A DNA stretch of 64,000 nt from Ruditapes philippinarum (taxonomy: Eukaryota), in assembly GCF_026571515.1 (NCBI RefSeq), contig NW_026855476.1, positions 372,001 through 436,000 of the forward strand. Reading direction: 5' to 3'. The translations under genes and the position numbers were made by a program. Shown here in pieces: positions 1 through 13,450 of the stretch. The notes under the pieces were generated by a model. The model was not told where the DNA came from. It saw only the letters and a list, made by a program, of their open reading frames with translations, and made no database searches. Numbering within the stretch: position 1 is the stretch's first letter; each line of letters starts with the position of its first letter.

Positions 1-1383
1 CACACGTATGTACCCACAGTGCTATATGGCATATCCCGCTGGCGGTTACAGCATCTACTCTTGTAACAAGATTAGTACAGAACGGCAGTCATTATACATG
101 TATATTTTGAAATTTTCACTAAAATAATTAAATGGTCTTGTCAAGATTTATAGCCCAATTTAGTCATTTTTTCCAAAGCAGCTTTTATAACAATTTCAAA
201 AAGACTTACTTAATCCTCTTAAAGATTCTTCAATATTTTCACCATTTTCGTATATCCACGTGCCACCGAAAATCTTAATAAATTCCTCCATGTTTCAAGA
301 CAAATCTCATTACCGGTTAGTTTAAACGATCTGGTATGTCAATGTTATAGACAGTGTTATAGAAAATCATGGTGTATATCGATCGCATCACGAGCAATAT
401 ACGGTAACAAAACATGAATACCCAGATAACATGAACATGCAAGTTGAAAAATAAAGATCTCGATTACAGCGAACTTTACTCGGACGAATACTGAGACAAA
501 TTGCAGATATTTTAAACTACAGACCGCCAAAAAGTGAATTAAGAAAAAGAATTTAACATGATAGCATTTATGGGCTTCATGGGGTAATTTATTTTAGTTT
601 CTTTACTCTATCATTGTGTCATATAAAGTATACCCGAGATGGTAAATCAGAGTATGAAGTAAACTATTTATCTATTTCTAGTAAAACTGACACTAACTGG
701 TATTTACAGAAGAGTTCATTTATGTATTAATACTTTACACGATACATTTTAAAAAATTCACCAGTTCACAAATCTAAATTTGACAAAATATAAGATATGA
801 TAGATAATTCCCCCCCCCCCGGGCTACTGGCATTGTGTTTCTCTTAATTTATTTATACCCGATTACAATCATGGTTAAACTATTGAATAATACAAACACT
901 GTTTGATGCGTTTTCTTACACATTAGTTTGTCTATAGATATTTTTTTTCAAGATTCAAAATATTTATTTTTAGATGTAGACATGGCGTTTCTTGCTACAC
1001 AACACATAATATACAATGATACAATATAACTTGTCAACATGGCCCAATTTTGTAGACAGTTATATTTGCATGAAATATGATACATATAGTCATAACAAAT
1101 CTAAATCACTGCCAAAATCAGTAATATATTTAATGAATTATTGAATCATAATACGGATAATTTGTATATTTATTTAATTTAAAAATGTACATACAGTAAT
1201 GAGCTTATTCAGATATCATATTAACAATACACTGACGTATTTCAAATGCTTCATATATATATTTACATAATATTTGTCTCTCTTGACATATCAATTTAAG
1301 GTCTGTCTGGAACATTTAACCTTCCTTGTTGTCATGGATACACTTCACAATTATAATATTATTATCCTATAATAAAGATATGG

Positions 1384-4300
1384 TTATGCTCTTCTGTAAA
1401 TTCTCCTGCCGATGATACTATGGTCACTAAGAGGAGAATTATCCTGAAAAATAAAATATGTCATAATGAATCACTATCTTATAAGAATAATCAATACAAT
1501 AAATTAATATTTAACAAGAATAACCATTACAATAAATCAATATCTAACAAGAATAATCGTTAAAATAAATCTGTATCTAACAATAATAATCAAAACAAAA
1601 ACTCGATTAATATATCTACAAGTATAATCGTTAAAATAAATAAATTTCTTACAAGAATAGTCGTTACAATAAATCAGTATCTTACAAGAATAATCTCTAC
1701 AATAAATCAGTATTTATTGTACTGATTATTCTTGTAAGATACTGATTTATTGTACTGATTATTCTTGTAAGATACTGATTTATTGTAAAGATTATTCTTG
1801 TAAGATACTGATTTATTGTAAAGATTATTCTTGTAAGATACTGATTTATTGTAAAGATTATTCTTGTAAGATAGCTATTCATTGTACTGATTATTTTTAT
1901 AAGATACTTAAGAATAATCTTAATAATTAATCAGTATCTTACAAGAATAATCAGTAGCTTACAAGAATAATCTTTACAAGAAATCATTTTCTTACAAGAA
2001 TAATTAGTACAATAAACCAGTATCTTACAAAAAAATCAGTACAATAAATCATTAACTGTAAAGAAGTATACACACATATATATATACGTGATCTGTACAT
2101 GTGTATATAAATTACCGATATAAGTTCATCGCCTTTCCTGTACATGACAACTAATGTATCAATCTTCATGAGGCCTGTAAGTTGTGATCTACTCTCAAAG
2201 ATCAATTTTCCATCTTCAAATCTACAATTTACCTGAAAACACAACTGTTTCATAATGCTAAAGGAAACAAAAATAAAAAAGGACACCATGAATTTAAAAC
2301 GTCTAAGCTATACATACAATGCATGATGTTTGATATGCTTAATACAGGCACACACTGGGGTTAAATACACCTAAACAGGCAAGCACTGGAGTTTAAAAAT
2401 GCCTAACAGCAACAAAGTAGCAAGTATATTGAGCATTGTTCGTTTAAAGGGTTCAGTTATTGTATGCACTCCTACACCTCAAATACCTTACTAAATGAGA
2501 GCAAATGGATTTTGTTTGGAAATGGTTTGTTATCATTGAATTAACAAATTACTATAAATAATGTATCAAAATGAAACCAAACAGAAGATTTTAAGCCCAA
2601 TGCATCGTGTCATGATATAGCTATCCTATTCATCTTTCGTGCAAAGTGCTTTAGCACCAAAAGCAAATGATTTAATCATCATTTTGAGGTAATGACTCGG
2701 CAAATAAGTCAAATTACACTCCATTCATAATCCCTTACGTATTTGCATTTTTCCCAACCTTACCCAGTTAAGCGGAAGACAAAGTGAAGGTACCACATAC
2801 CCGATTTTACTGTACCTTGTTATGGTATAATGGCGGCTCATTCGTATCTTTAGATTCAAATCCTTTCCCAAGCTCATATATGACATCGTGTATTACTCCT
2901 TTTCCCATATTTGTAGAGTGATGTATCTTATCTCCTTTTCGTTCTATTTTGATCTCAGGCTTCATTGTCGCGAAAAACTCCATTTCTTCTTTTGGCATTT
3001 CTTTACAGAAAATGAAACAGACGGAATTAATGCTAAATATACTGGTAAAATTTCTCAAGGAACTTTCGATGCGTTTATGTGAAATCAATTTATAGAAAAG
3101 AAGGGAGATAACAACTTGAGATCAAGAGAATACTTTGTAGAATAGTATGGTGACTGACTTTGAACGCTTTTGTGCGTCGTGTTGTCGCAAGAGACAGCAC
3201 AACAAGGCGCGAAACGGCACGATGTCGGACTTTCGTCTTGTCGTCCCGTCGCCAACGATGCACACTAAACGGCGCGTTGTCGCTCGGCTCAAATCGAAGA
3301 ATTGGCTTATAAGCTAAGCGACAGGGCGACATCGCGCCACACGACAACGCGCCGTTTGGCATGCTTCGCTAGAGACAGGACGACAAGACGAAAGTGTGAC
3401 AACGCGCCGTTTGGCACGTTTCGCTATCGACAAGACGACAAGACGAAACGGCGGTAATGATAACAGTTATGTGTTGTCGCTAACGACAATGCAACGCACA
3501 CAGTGTACCAAATTATCTACCATAGAATAGAGATACTCCGGAACTCGGCAGATATGTTGTTTTTCATTTCCCCCCTATCAAATCCCGCGGTACAAACACA
3601 TTTTTTACAGTAACAACTACAGCAAAATACATTGATTATAATAGATAGATAGATACTTTTATTTCCTCCAAAGATGAAGAGCATAACAGTATTTACAGAT
3701 TTGTTAGTATTTCGTACCCCGGATCCCAAATTGTAGTCTTGGATAACACCTATTTGTGACAGATGGTAAAAACCAACTTTGATAACGAGTTCATCCTTAT
3801 AACTGTTACACGACACTTAATTACAGTTTGCGTCAGTAACAACTGCTTTATGTCATGTTCTACAACGTATTTTTTTTAAAGATATTCCATTATCACGTTT
3901 AACAAAAGTTTTAATACATATTTGTAATGTGTAAATTACTTCTTTTGTTCCATTAACAATATTTTACTTCTTTTAAATTTTCATGAAAATGAGCATGAAT
4001 CTTTAAAGGAAACAATCCATCACAACTTGATTGACAGAACATACAATGTATATGCAGCAATACAAAAATAATACATCCAAGTCGATATGACATTGTACTA
4101 TAGCAGTTAATGCAATTGTTTTATGTTTGGGTTTATAGCACGACACAGTAAAAGCCGGAAGACGGACAAAACCCCACCAGTTAAAACCCCACCACTCAAA
4201 GCCATATGGCGACTTTGCTTCACTTCGATGCATTATTGTAACAAGCGAATTAATAAAGTAACTCTTAATTGATAAAACGGAAGTCTATGATTTGTACTTC

Positions 4301-4479
4301 TGACAAACGAAAAGATGTAATTTGAAGCTCCGCAGAAAATTTTATACACTTATTTTTGAGCAGAAAATACTTATCATTAAAATATGCATACACTTACTCA
4401 TCGCTTCCATAGTTTCTCGCAAATTTTCGTCCCTGTCACATACCCATGACCCACTAAATAACTTCTCGAATTCATCCAT
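1384..4479 (-). CDS. Fatty acid-binding protein-like (iLBP/calycin) paralogue A, 4 exons, 147 aa
   Basis: Exons 4479-4398, 3000-2816, 2232-2116, 1443-1384, all GT-AG, intron phases 1,0,0 (classic FABP layout). Protein MDEFEKLFSGSWVCDRDENLRETMEAMKMPKEE...GRRIYRRA* with N-terminal GxW...EN motif and C-terminal RxY. Confidence 0.85.
1480..2060. repeat. 33-bp minisatellite with an inverted central block (intron 3 of FABP-like A)
   Basis: Unit ~TTACAAGAATAATCAGTACAATAAATCAGTATC; forward ~1480-1712, reverse-complement ~1712-1908, forward ~1910-2060. Explains the spurious repetitive ORF 1697..1882. Confidence 0.9.
3146..3524. mobile_element. Non-autonomous DNA transposon, IS3EU-like
   Basis: Termini TATGG...CCATA, imperfect TIRs, 6-bp direct repeat GAATAG on both sides (3140-3145, 3525-3530), internal TGTCGC/GCGACA repeats. 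TAYGG ends with a 6-bp TSD match IS3EU. Confidence 0.7.
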
Positions 4480-4838
4480 TGTTTGATTTTAAGTTTTATA
4501 CTATAACCACACTGTTCCCAGTCGACCACACGCAAGACTATATGGTGTATCGGTCAAGAAATGAATAAACTAAATGAAAACATTAATCTAAATGCACTGT
4601 TAAAATGCATAAGTTTGACATTTTGAACACTTCAAAAAATAATCTATATCGGATCACGCATAATTCTTATCGATTTAAGAACGTTCTATATTCACCGTGA
4701 CTGGTATTTTTTGTTCTTCTGGGGGATTATTAGATTATGAGAATTGGTTATTACTTAAAAAAATCAACTTGTATTAGCCCCTGAAATTATGAGTATATGT
4801 ATGAAAATGTTGTTTGCCCACGATTCACATCTGATTTG

Positions 4839-5045
4839 TATGGTGGCTGATTTGGAACACTTTTGTGCGTCGTGTTGTCGCTAGCGACAGCTAGACAAAG
4901 CGCCAAACGGCGCGTTGTCGCACTGCCGTCTTATCGTCCCGTCGTTAACGAAGCTCACCAAACGGAGCGTTGTCGTACAGCGTGTTGTCGCGATGTCACA
5001 TTGTATATATATATACGCGCAAAGTGTACCAAATCAGCCACAATA
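4839..5045. mobile_element. Second, shorter copy of the same IS3EU-like MITE family, upstream of FABP-like A
   Basis: TIR TATGGTGGCTGATTTGGAACACTTT / AAAGTGTACCAAATCAGCCACAATA; shares TTGTGCGTCGTGTTGTCGC with the 3146 copy; TSD degenerate; followed by a (GT)n tract to ~5113. Confidence 0.65.
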
Positions 5046-6803
5046 ATGTGTGTGTATGTGTGCTTTTGCGTGCGTGGGTGCGTGTGTGCGTGCGCGTGTG
5101 TGTGTGTGTGTGTCTCACGCGAAAAAACTGATAGTTCTTTTTTTTAAGTTCTAGCGACTGACACTAAGTATACAGAAATAACACGAATCGAGACTACTAC
5201 TACTTGTTATTTAACGTACATTATCTTAATCACCATTATACGGGACTTCGGGTTTTTCAAATAAGTCGGCAAGACTTTTTAGTTATTTTGTTGAAGAAGC
5301 GGAGGGTCAAACTCGCGAAGTTAAATAGTGTTAGCACTGGGTACTGTGTGCTCCTTTTATTTACCCTGCACACTTCACGTTGTGCAGCAGTGTGAATAAA
5401 TTAGGCTACGCTGGATAAGACAATAAGCCTACAAGATTGTCCCTTACCTGGGCTATGAATAAGACTTTAAGTCAGTGTTCCGCAGTTTTCTATTCTAAAA
5501 ATTAATACGACACCATGACATGTATCACAAAATGCATGTCCAAATGTAGCCACAGACAGACATGTTCATATAAGGCGTCTTTTTTCAGCCCATATTTTGA
5601 ACTGTGAACCACACTTATGCATGTATTACGCCACAGGAAAATGACATTCTATAGGCCAAAAAAACAAAACAAAAAAAAACGGCAAATATACCCCTCTATA
5701 CTATAAATAAAAAAGTGTATTTATATATAATGTCAATCTCCTGTGATTACGCAAATGCTTCCTATAGTCGGCAAGAGCGAGTTATCTGTCTGGTCTCTAT
5801 CTTTTCAATCATACAAAATATTTTCTTCATTGCATTTTATATGACTTTATGTCCATGCAAGGGTATATAGTAAGTTCATTGGTGAAAGTCAAAATTAGTT
5901 TACATTTTGCCATAACTCCTTTCAATTTATAATTTAACGTCGCTAGAACGATAAATAACTCACGTGACGCAAGGAAATTTCTGCAAATACCCCTCGAATA
6001 CATGTAACGTTCAATTTGTAAAAAGAGTGGGGCAGTCCTTTTATATTTTATGTTGCTTCATAATTTATCCTAAACATTTTTCAATATCAATTGTTGTTCA
6101 ATAATGATTTTAACAGTCAGTCTTTTGAAATATTATTCAGTAAATTAAGCTCAACTTGACAATGACCAATGATAAAATGAGCATATAAATGCCACTTTAA
6201 CGCAAGTAATTACATGTGAAACTTATTGTGACCACACATAAATGCACAGTGTTCCTTTTTTCATGAGCCTGGAGAATGCAAATCCTAAAATACGTCTTAC
6301 ATAACATTGAAAAACAACAATACGTTTATAGTTCAAACATTTTATTGCATTTGAATAATCAGAAGAAATATAAATACATTAGTAATTAATGAATTACGCT
6401 AATAGATATTCTAGAGATATACATTACAATAAATTGGTTATATTTCTTATTCTAAAAGTTAAGTTGCGATATTTCATTAAAACAGTATTAGATCATTTTA
6501 ATGTATAGATATAATTGTCTCATTTGGATTACGGCAACTCGACGAAATATAGATCAATTGATATGGATGATTTACCTTATGATAAAGCAGTTGTTAACAA
6601 CACCAGCAATTAAGGATATATAAATAATTTAAGATAATTATCATAAATTCAAATGTTGGTATTATAATTTGGAGAGAACACATTCTTCTATTATCACAAA
6701 TTAACGTACTCATCTCAGTTAAAATTAATAGATTCATAGATTAACAAAATAATATAACTGCTGAATTCTGCCTTAAAATCCTGAGAATTTCGATAATTTT
6801 TCT

Positions 6804-9800
6804 TCATGCTTTTTTGTAGAATCTTTTACCGACAATGCTGCGGTCATCCATCGGGCTTGTTTCCTGAAATATTTACATATTGGAATCTAATCAAACTCAT
6901 ATCTGTGGTGTATTGAATGTTAGGCATTTTTTTTTGTCAATAATATTTTATAGAATCCAGTACTTGTAACAGGCATAGAGCAGGCCAAGATATGAAGCTC
7001 GATTATGCAAAAGAGAAACAAACAAAAAACTTCTTACAACTGATATTAATCACTTTCAAGTTCGCTTCCTGCAACAACCAGTACTGATGTCAAACGAGAA
7101 TCTTGGTCATGCCTCAAGTCGGACTCGAACCCACGAACCTTACATCGAGAGGCAGTCACCTTAACCATAAGGACGCCGCTACCGTTTAAGTTTTATTTTA
7201 GCTCTAATCGGGAAATAATGGACTCAACTTCTTTTAATAAAGTTTAAGATTTCTTCGGTCCGTCATATGAGTTTAGAAAATAAGAAGGATTGCTATATTT
7301 TTACGGCCTCTACATTGCATACATTTTGTAAATGGAAGCATTTTCTTCCAAAGTAAAAATGTTGTTGCTAGGTAAATTCTGTCACTTACAATTAATTTAT
7401 GTTCCTGCATGACAAACATTTTTAACAATTACTGAACGAGGTTTCAGTACACACTTATTTCCACTTATTTCCATATCTTACCCATTTTGATTGAGTTGAC
7501 ATGGTGACCAGAGCAGGAATGTGTTCATTTCCGATGCATTTAATAAAAGTGGGATAGAATGTACTAAATATTTTATGTTCCTCTTTGCATGTACTTGATA
7601 GCTTTATAACACAATCAACTTTACCGAAACAAGTTCACCATCCTTAATGTATATAACAGTGACGTTGTCGAACTTCCTAGGACCAGTGAGCTGAGATCTG
7701 CTCTCGTATGTAAGTTTTCCGTCTTTAAAGGTGCATAGAACCTGTAAAACATAATTTATTTTATTTATTTATTTATTTATTCTTATAACTGACCATTTAA
7801 CGAAATTACATTTTGAAATTAGATTCAATGTGCCTTTATATTAATTACTTCTGTAATGTTTTTACTTCTTTAATGTAATGTAATGTGTTCTGTATGTGGG
7901 TTTGCATCATGGACCTTCACTGGTGGCAAATCAAAAGGCTAAACACTTTGGGTTCCATCAGGTTAATGGTCTAATTCTCAGAGTTAAGCATGGCTTTGAC
8001 TGGAGGCAAGTTTATTTGAGTGTACAATAAAGCTACCATTTGAGAATTGTGACATACTGGATTGTCAATTTGAAATATGAAGAAAATAATGGCTGTTTAG
8101 AAGTTATTAGGTCTTGCAAATCAAACCTTATTATGGTACAAGGGATTCTCTGGTGATTTCTTATCTTTTGCTTCAAACTCCTTGTCTAGCTCATAAGTGA
8201 CGTCATCAACTACGCCTTTCATCAGTTCCGTAGAGTGGACAACCTTGTTTCCTTCAACCTTTATTGTCATCGTCGGTTTCGTGGACGTTATAAAATCTAT
8301 GTCTTCTTTTGCCATTTCTGTAAAAGGAATTTAAAAAATGATAGTCCACCGTTTAAAAGCCTATTATGCCTCAGGAATGCTTCTTTTTTTCATTTCTCAA
8401 AATCTTTTTTTGTTTAATTTGGTACCTTTATAGTATCCAAAAGGTTACTCATTGGCCAATTACCTGAACCATTCAGCTGTTGCTTTTAGGCCATGAATAC
8501 AGTAATAGTGAATCAGTATTTTGTATGGAAGTCAAAATACTACTTTGTTTACATTTTGCTACCTTCACGACAAATTTATTCACATTTATCGCTACTTTCT
8601 TTAGGGAATATAATATCTAACATTATCTTAAACCATTATTTAATTATTATCAAATTCTTATCTGCCCTTTTTTAAAAAGAGAAAATGTATGTATTTCCAT
8701 GACATAATGTGCCTTTAACAAAAAACGCCGTAAAAGAGAGATTATAGAGAGCATATGGTTTGTTCAGAATCTAGCTTATGACATGAAAATTTGCATTCTG
8801 AGAAAATGATTGCTGTTTATAAAATGTCACACACACACACACACGCACGCACGCACCAACGAATTCACCAACGCATGCACGCACACACATTAGTTTTCCA
8901 ACGGGGACCTAGGAAACTTGCTCTGCAATCATATATTGATACCAGCATTAAGTCAGCTTTTAAAAGATGCACAAATAATCATTTTAGGTCCATAACACGG
9001 CGTATTAAATGTTGTAAGGCAGCTTAAAAATAACCCATACCATATTGCGATGTACAGATTAGTCACGGGACAGCACGGTGTCTAGTTGTAACATGCGACG
9101 CCCTCAATGCTTTGATATAAATGCATGTTCGATTTTAAACAAAACGTATGTAAATATTGAGATAAATGAAAACATACAGATTATGATGTATGCTAATGTG
9201 AGGTAAAAATACGTGTCTGTACGAAAAATGATTTACAAGTTGAAAGTTCAATGAAAAGTGTAAAAATTACATTGCAAATTGTTCATCCCTTTGTCATAGT
9301 CTGTGTGACAGCAATATGAATAGATTCTAAATATTTGCACAAATAATTGTTGAACAAATATGTTCTAAGTTTTAGAGTATCATACGAGTGCCTGTCTTTA
9401 TCTTAATGTTTGCTTTTTTCGTCTAGACAGAGTAAATACTTGTTTAACTACCTTGATTAGTTTTTTCAACATGTATATTTTTTTCTATACAGTTAAAACT
9501 TGAATAAGCCAGACGGTATTTACTTTTGTTTTTGGTCTTAGAAAATACGGTTCCCGCCGCACATACAAAATTGAAAATATGTTTTCCCACCATAATAACA
9601 AAAGTGGGAATACGGTTTATCTCCACAATTACAAATGTGGGAAAACAGATTCCTATCATACTTATAAAAGTTGGATAACAGTTTCACGGTTGGGTCGTAT
9701 TTTTAAACAGGGTTTAATGTATTAATGGCCAGTGAAGGTTCATATTTGAGAATTTTGCTTTATAAAGTATACCATTCAAAGAATGATGCACAGAACTAAA

Positions 9801-10533
9801 ACTAAATTTTGCGGAGTATAGTCTGAAAAAGCGCGGAATGAGGTTAATTTTCCATCTTTTACAAACAGCCATAGTGATAGTTTCGGGGATCAATATAAAC
9901 ATATGAACATTATAACTATTAATATACAATACTTCAAGAAAAGAAGGATTTCAACAGTAAAAGCATCGTCTTCCATAAGATATCATCAGTTCATCACAAA
10001 GGTGCCAGTCGCAATGATTTGACCTAAAATATGTTTAATCTCGTTATTTATGAAATGTAATATCAAATCATTAAAAGAAAATAAAACAAGAAAAAAATCA
10101 GTTTTTTGTTTGCTTTATTGTTATATAGAAGATAAAAAAACAACAGTTTTTTTATATTATGTTGCATTAAACATATTTAGGTCAAATCAATGCCACAAGC
10201 ACCTTTGGTACAACAGTGTTTTATTCATTAACTCATAATTCGTACGCATTACACGCACGCATAACGAAAAAAGAACAAGCTAGAATGCAAGAACGCAAAT
10301 GGAAAACAAAGAAAAATGGTATGGTTAGAAATAATGTACTGTATTCTTTTCAGACAGGGAAAAATACAGCGTTTTGAAAAAAAAATCAAAATAGACGTTA
10401 TTTCGGATAAGACAGTGATCTACTATATAAAATAGAAAAAAATAAACTTACTGCTAGCTTCCATTGATTCTCTGAAATTTTCGTCCCGGGCATGGTTCCA
10501 GGTACCGCAAAACGAGTTTTTCAGTTCCTCCAT
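6804..10533 (-). CDS. Fatty acid-binding protein-like (iLBP/calycin) paralogue B, 4 exons, 149 aa
   Basis: Exons 10533-10452, 8317-8127, 7741-7625, 6863-6804, GT-AG, same phases and near-identical exon sizes (82/191/117/60) as paralogue A. MEELKNSFCGTWNHARDENFRESMEASKMAKED...GKRFYKKA*. About 53% identical to A by manual alignment. Confidence 0.85.
7050..7185 (-). mobile_element. tRNA-derived SINE (partial)
   Basis: Minus-strand A-box-like (TGGTTAAGG) and B-box-like (GGGTTCGAGTCC) head; body AACCAGTACTG shared with the 16460-16590 copy. Confidence 0.6.
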
Positions 10534-11544
10534 ATTGAAACAAGTCTGGACTATTGTAGATGACACTCGCGGACGACTGTGTTGAACTAAATGATCGACT
10601 GGGCACGTGTTACTTTCTACACTTAATAATAAATGTATATAGATAAGATTATTGATTTAAGTGTGCCAATAATAGAAAAATTTTGCATGTTATATTTGAC
10701 GTGTACAAATAACTAAATATTGATAAAGATATTAGGCCAAAAATGCTAAAATTTCACAAAAGTTTTATGTCCAACCATTTTTCGGATTTTAACTCAATAA
10801 AATGAAATGGTTTTGTTGAAGATAACCTGATTTAATGAAGTATTTATAACTTTAATACGACAAAAATGCGAAAGGTCGGGTATTTGTTTTTTTTAAGTTA
10901 TACAATGAAATCGACAAAATGGAAAATTTAAACAAAGACCAACACAGAAATTGTTGCAGCAGACTATGTTTGGTTTTGATGGTCAGTGATTTAATACCAA
11001 GCTTACGCAAAACTCAACATTTAAACATAAAAATGGTGCAATTTTTTTAATAGGACATCCGCAGATATAAATGTTCCTACAAAATATTGTTGAAAGTATC
11101 ATTTTTCCTCATTAATCTTACATTGTTGATGACGTAGAATATTATATATACACTGACCCAACGTTATTACTAGCCTGGTTTATGTCATAGGCAGGTTGCA
11201 ATATGAACCAATATAAGAAAATATCCATTCATTCGTTCGTACGCCTGTTCGTTCATGTTTCCTGGAGTAACTCCGTCTTAAAGAAGCTTCAGTTTGTATA
11301 TTGGTTGTCAAAGCGGGTTCAGATACAAATGAAATGCAATCTTTCTCAGAACATGTTTCTGTTCAAGTGTGTAAACAACTGGTCTAACGTCTTTATTATA
11401 GGTATGGTGAGGAACTATCTTAAGCAAAATTAACCATTGTACAACTTGCATCCGTCCGCATCACCTCTCCCCCAAAGCAGATATTCAAATATTTCTAATT
11501 TCTCAATTATTTCTTTATACATGTATTATTAAAATGGGTCAAAG

Positions 11545-13206
11545 ACAGAAAAGGCCGGGTTGCATATGTATACAAAATATCATGAGGCTGTGATGTTACT
11601 TAAATTTTCTACCACTGTCTTGACCATTGATGTTGAAAATTTAACTTAGTTGGTAAACCGAAAAAGAATGAGCATCAGACCTGAAATGGAATCCCACAAT
11701 ATGGGACCACATGTCAATGCTGTGAACCACATATCAAGAGGCTGTGGTAAGTAGTTGCTGACAAAAACTGTTATGAAAATTTCTACTATCTATTGATCAT
11801 TAATTATGTCAAAATTTAACTAAGTCGGCAAACAGGAAGTGGATGAGCAACAGACCTGAAATAAAATCCCACTGTATGGGACCACGTGATAGTGCTGTAA
11901 ATCAAAAGGCTGTGATAAGTAGTTGCCAAGAAAACTGTTACGAAAATTTCCTACCATTGACCATAAATGTAGAAAATTTAACTAAGTTGGCAAACAGGAA
12001 GTGGATGAGTGAAAGACCTGAAATCGAATCCCACAGTATGAGACCATGTGTTGATGCTGTATGCCAAATATCAAGAGGCTGTGATAAGTAGCTGCTGAGA
12101 AAACTGTTACGTAAATTTCCTACCATTGAGCATTAATGTAGAAAATTTAACTAGGTCGGCAAACAGGAGTAGATTAGCAACAGACCCGACATCAAATCAA
12201 ACAGTATGGGACCATGTGTTGATGCTGTATACCAAATATCAAAAGGCTGTGATTAGTAGTTGCTGAGAAAACTGTTACGAAAATTTCCTACTATTGACCA
12301 TTAATGTTGAAAATTTAACTAGGTCGGCAAACAGGAGTAGATTAGCAACAGACCTGACATCTAATCAAACAGTATGGGACCATGTGTTGATGCTGTATAC
12401 CAAATAACAAAAGGCTGTGATAAGTAGTTGCTGAGAAAACTGTTACGAAAATTTCCTACTATGGACCATTAATGCTGAAAATTTAACTAGGTCGGCAAAC
12501 AGGAAGTAGATGAGTGACAGACCTGAAATCGAATCCCACACTATGGTACCATGTGTTGATGCTGTATACCAAATATCAAAAGGCTGTGATAAGTAGTTGC
12601 TGAGAAAACTGTTACGCAAATTTCCTACTTTTGACCATTAATGCTGAAAATTTAACTAGGTCGGCAAACAGGAAGTTGATAAGCGACAGACCTGAAATCG
12701 AATCCCACAGTATGGGACCATGAGTTGATGCTGTTTACCAAATATCAAAAGGCTGTGATAAGTAGTTGCTGAGAAAACTGTTACGAAAATTTCCTACTAT
12801 GGACCATTAATGATCAAAATTTAACTAGGTCGGCAAACAGGAAGTTGATAAGCGACAGACCTGAAATTGAATCCCACAGTATGGGACCATGTGTTGATGC
12901 TGTATACCAAATATCAAAAGGCTGTGATAAGTAGTTGCTGAGAAAACTGTTACGAAAATTTCCTACTATTGACCATTAATGCTGAAAATTTTACTAGGTC
13001 GGCAAACAGGAAGTAGATGAGCGACAGACCTGAAATCGAATCCCACAGCATGGGACCATGTGTTGATGCTGTATACCAAATATCAAAAGGCTGTGATAAG
13101 TAGTTGCTGAGAAAACTGTTACGAAAGTTTTTTCAGCCGCCCGCCCGCCCGCCGCCCAACATTCACCATACTATAACCCGGGTTTGCACCAGTGCAACCC
13201 GGCCAA
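11545..13206 (+). mobile_element. Helentron-associated (HINE/pearl-type) element carrying a ~169-bp satellite array (~9 copies)
   Basis: 5' subterminal GGCCGGGTTGCA (11553) is the reverse complement of TGCAACCCGGCC in the 3' palindrome (13178-13204); (CCCG)n microsatellite at ~13136-13157; anchor AAAATTTAACTAGGTCGGCAAACAGG recurs every ~167-170 bp. Confidence 0.85.
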
Positions 13207-13275
13207 AAATGATTTAATCATATGCATTTGAAATTGTCTGCCTTTTATATAACAATCCCCGACAAAGAACAATCT

Positions 13276-13450
13276 ACAATCAAACATGGGTAAAGACCAC
13301 CTCTGGATAATGGTCACATTGTCAATAAAGGCCAATTTTCGCTAACCCTTTATTTAAAAGACCAGGGTAACTTACAAAAAAGACCACTTGTCTGTAACGG
13401 CCGTGTTCAGTATCTCCCTTAGATGACCTTTGTTCACCGGTTTTACTATA
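13276..13450. mobile_element. Degenerate Tc1/mariner-pogo-type MITE
   Basis: Repeated AAAGACCAC subterminal motifs; ends resemble TACAGTCAAAC...GGTTTTACTATA. Diverged. Confidence 0.4.

Noticed and set aside
1-130. GC-richer open stretch at the window start (TRMYPQCYMAYPAGGYSIYSC...)
   Set aside because: Could be the last exon of an upstream gene, but it is too short and truncated to support a call.
1697-1882. Repetitive ORF (YLTRIIFTINQ)n
   Set aside because: Translation of the 33-bp minisatellite inside an intron; no coding support.
11575-13130. Regularly spaced repeats resembling a CRISPR array (also 58700-59610)
   Set aside because: Whole monomers repeat with no unique spacers, there are no cas genes, and the context is eukaryotic; these are satellites in HINEs.
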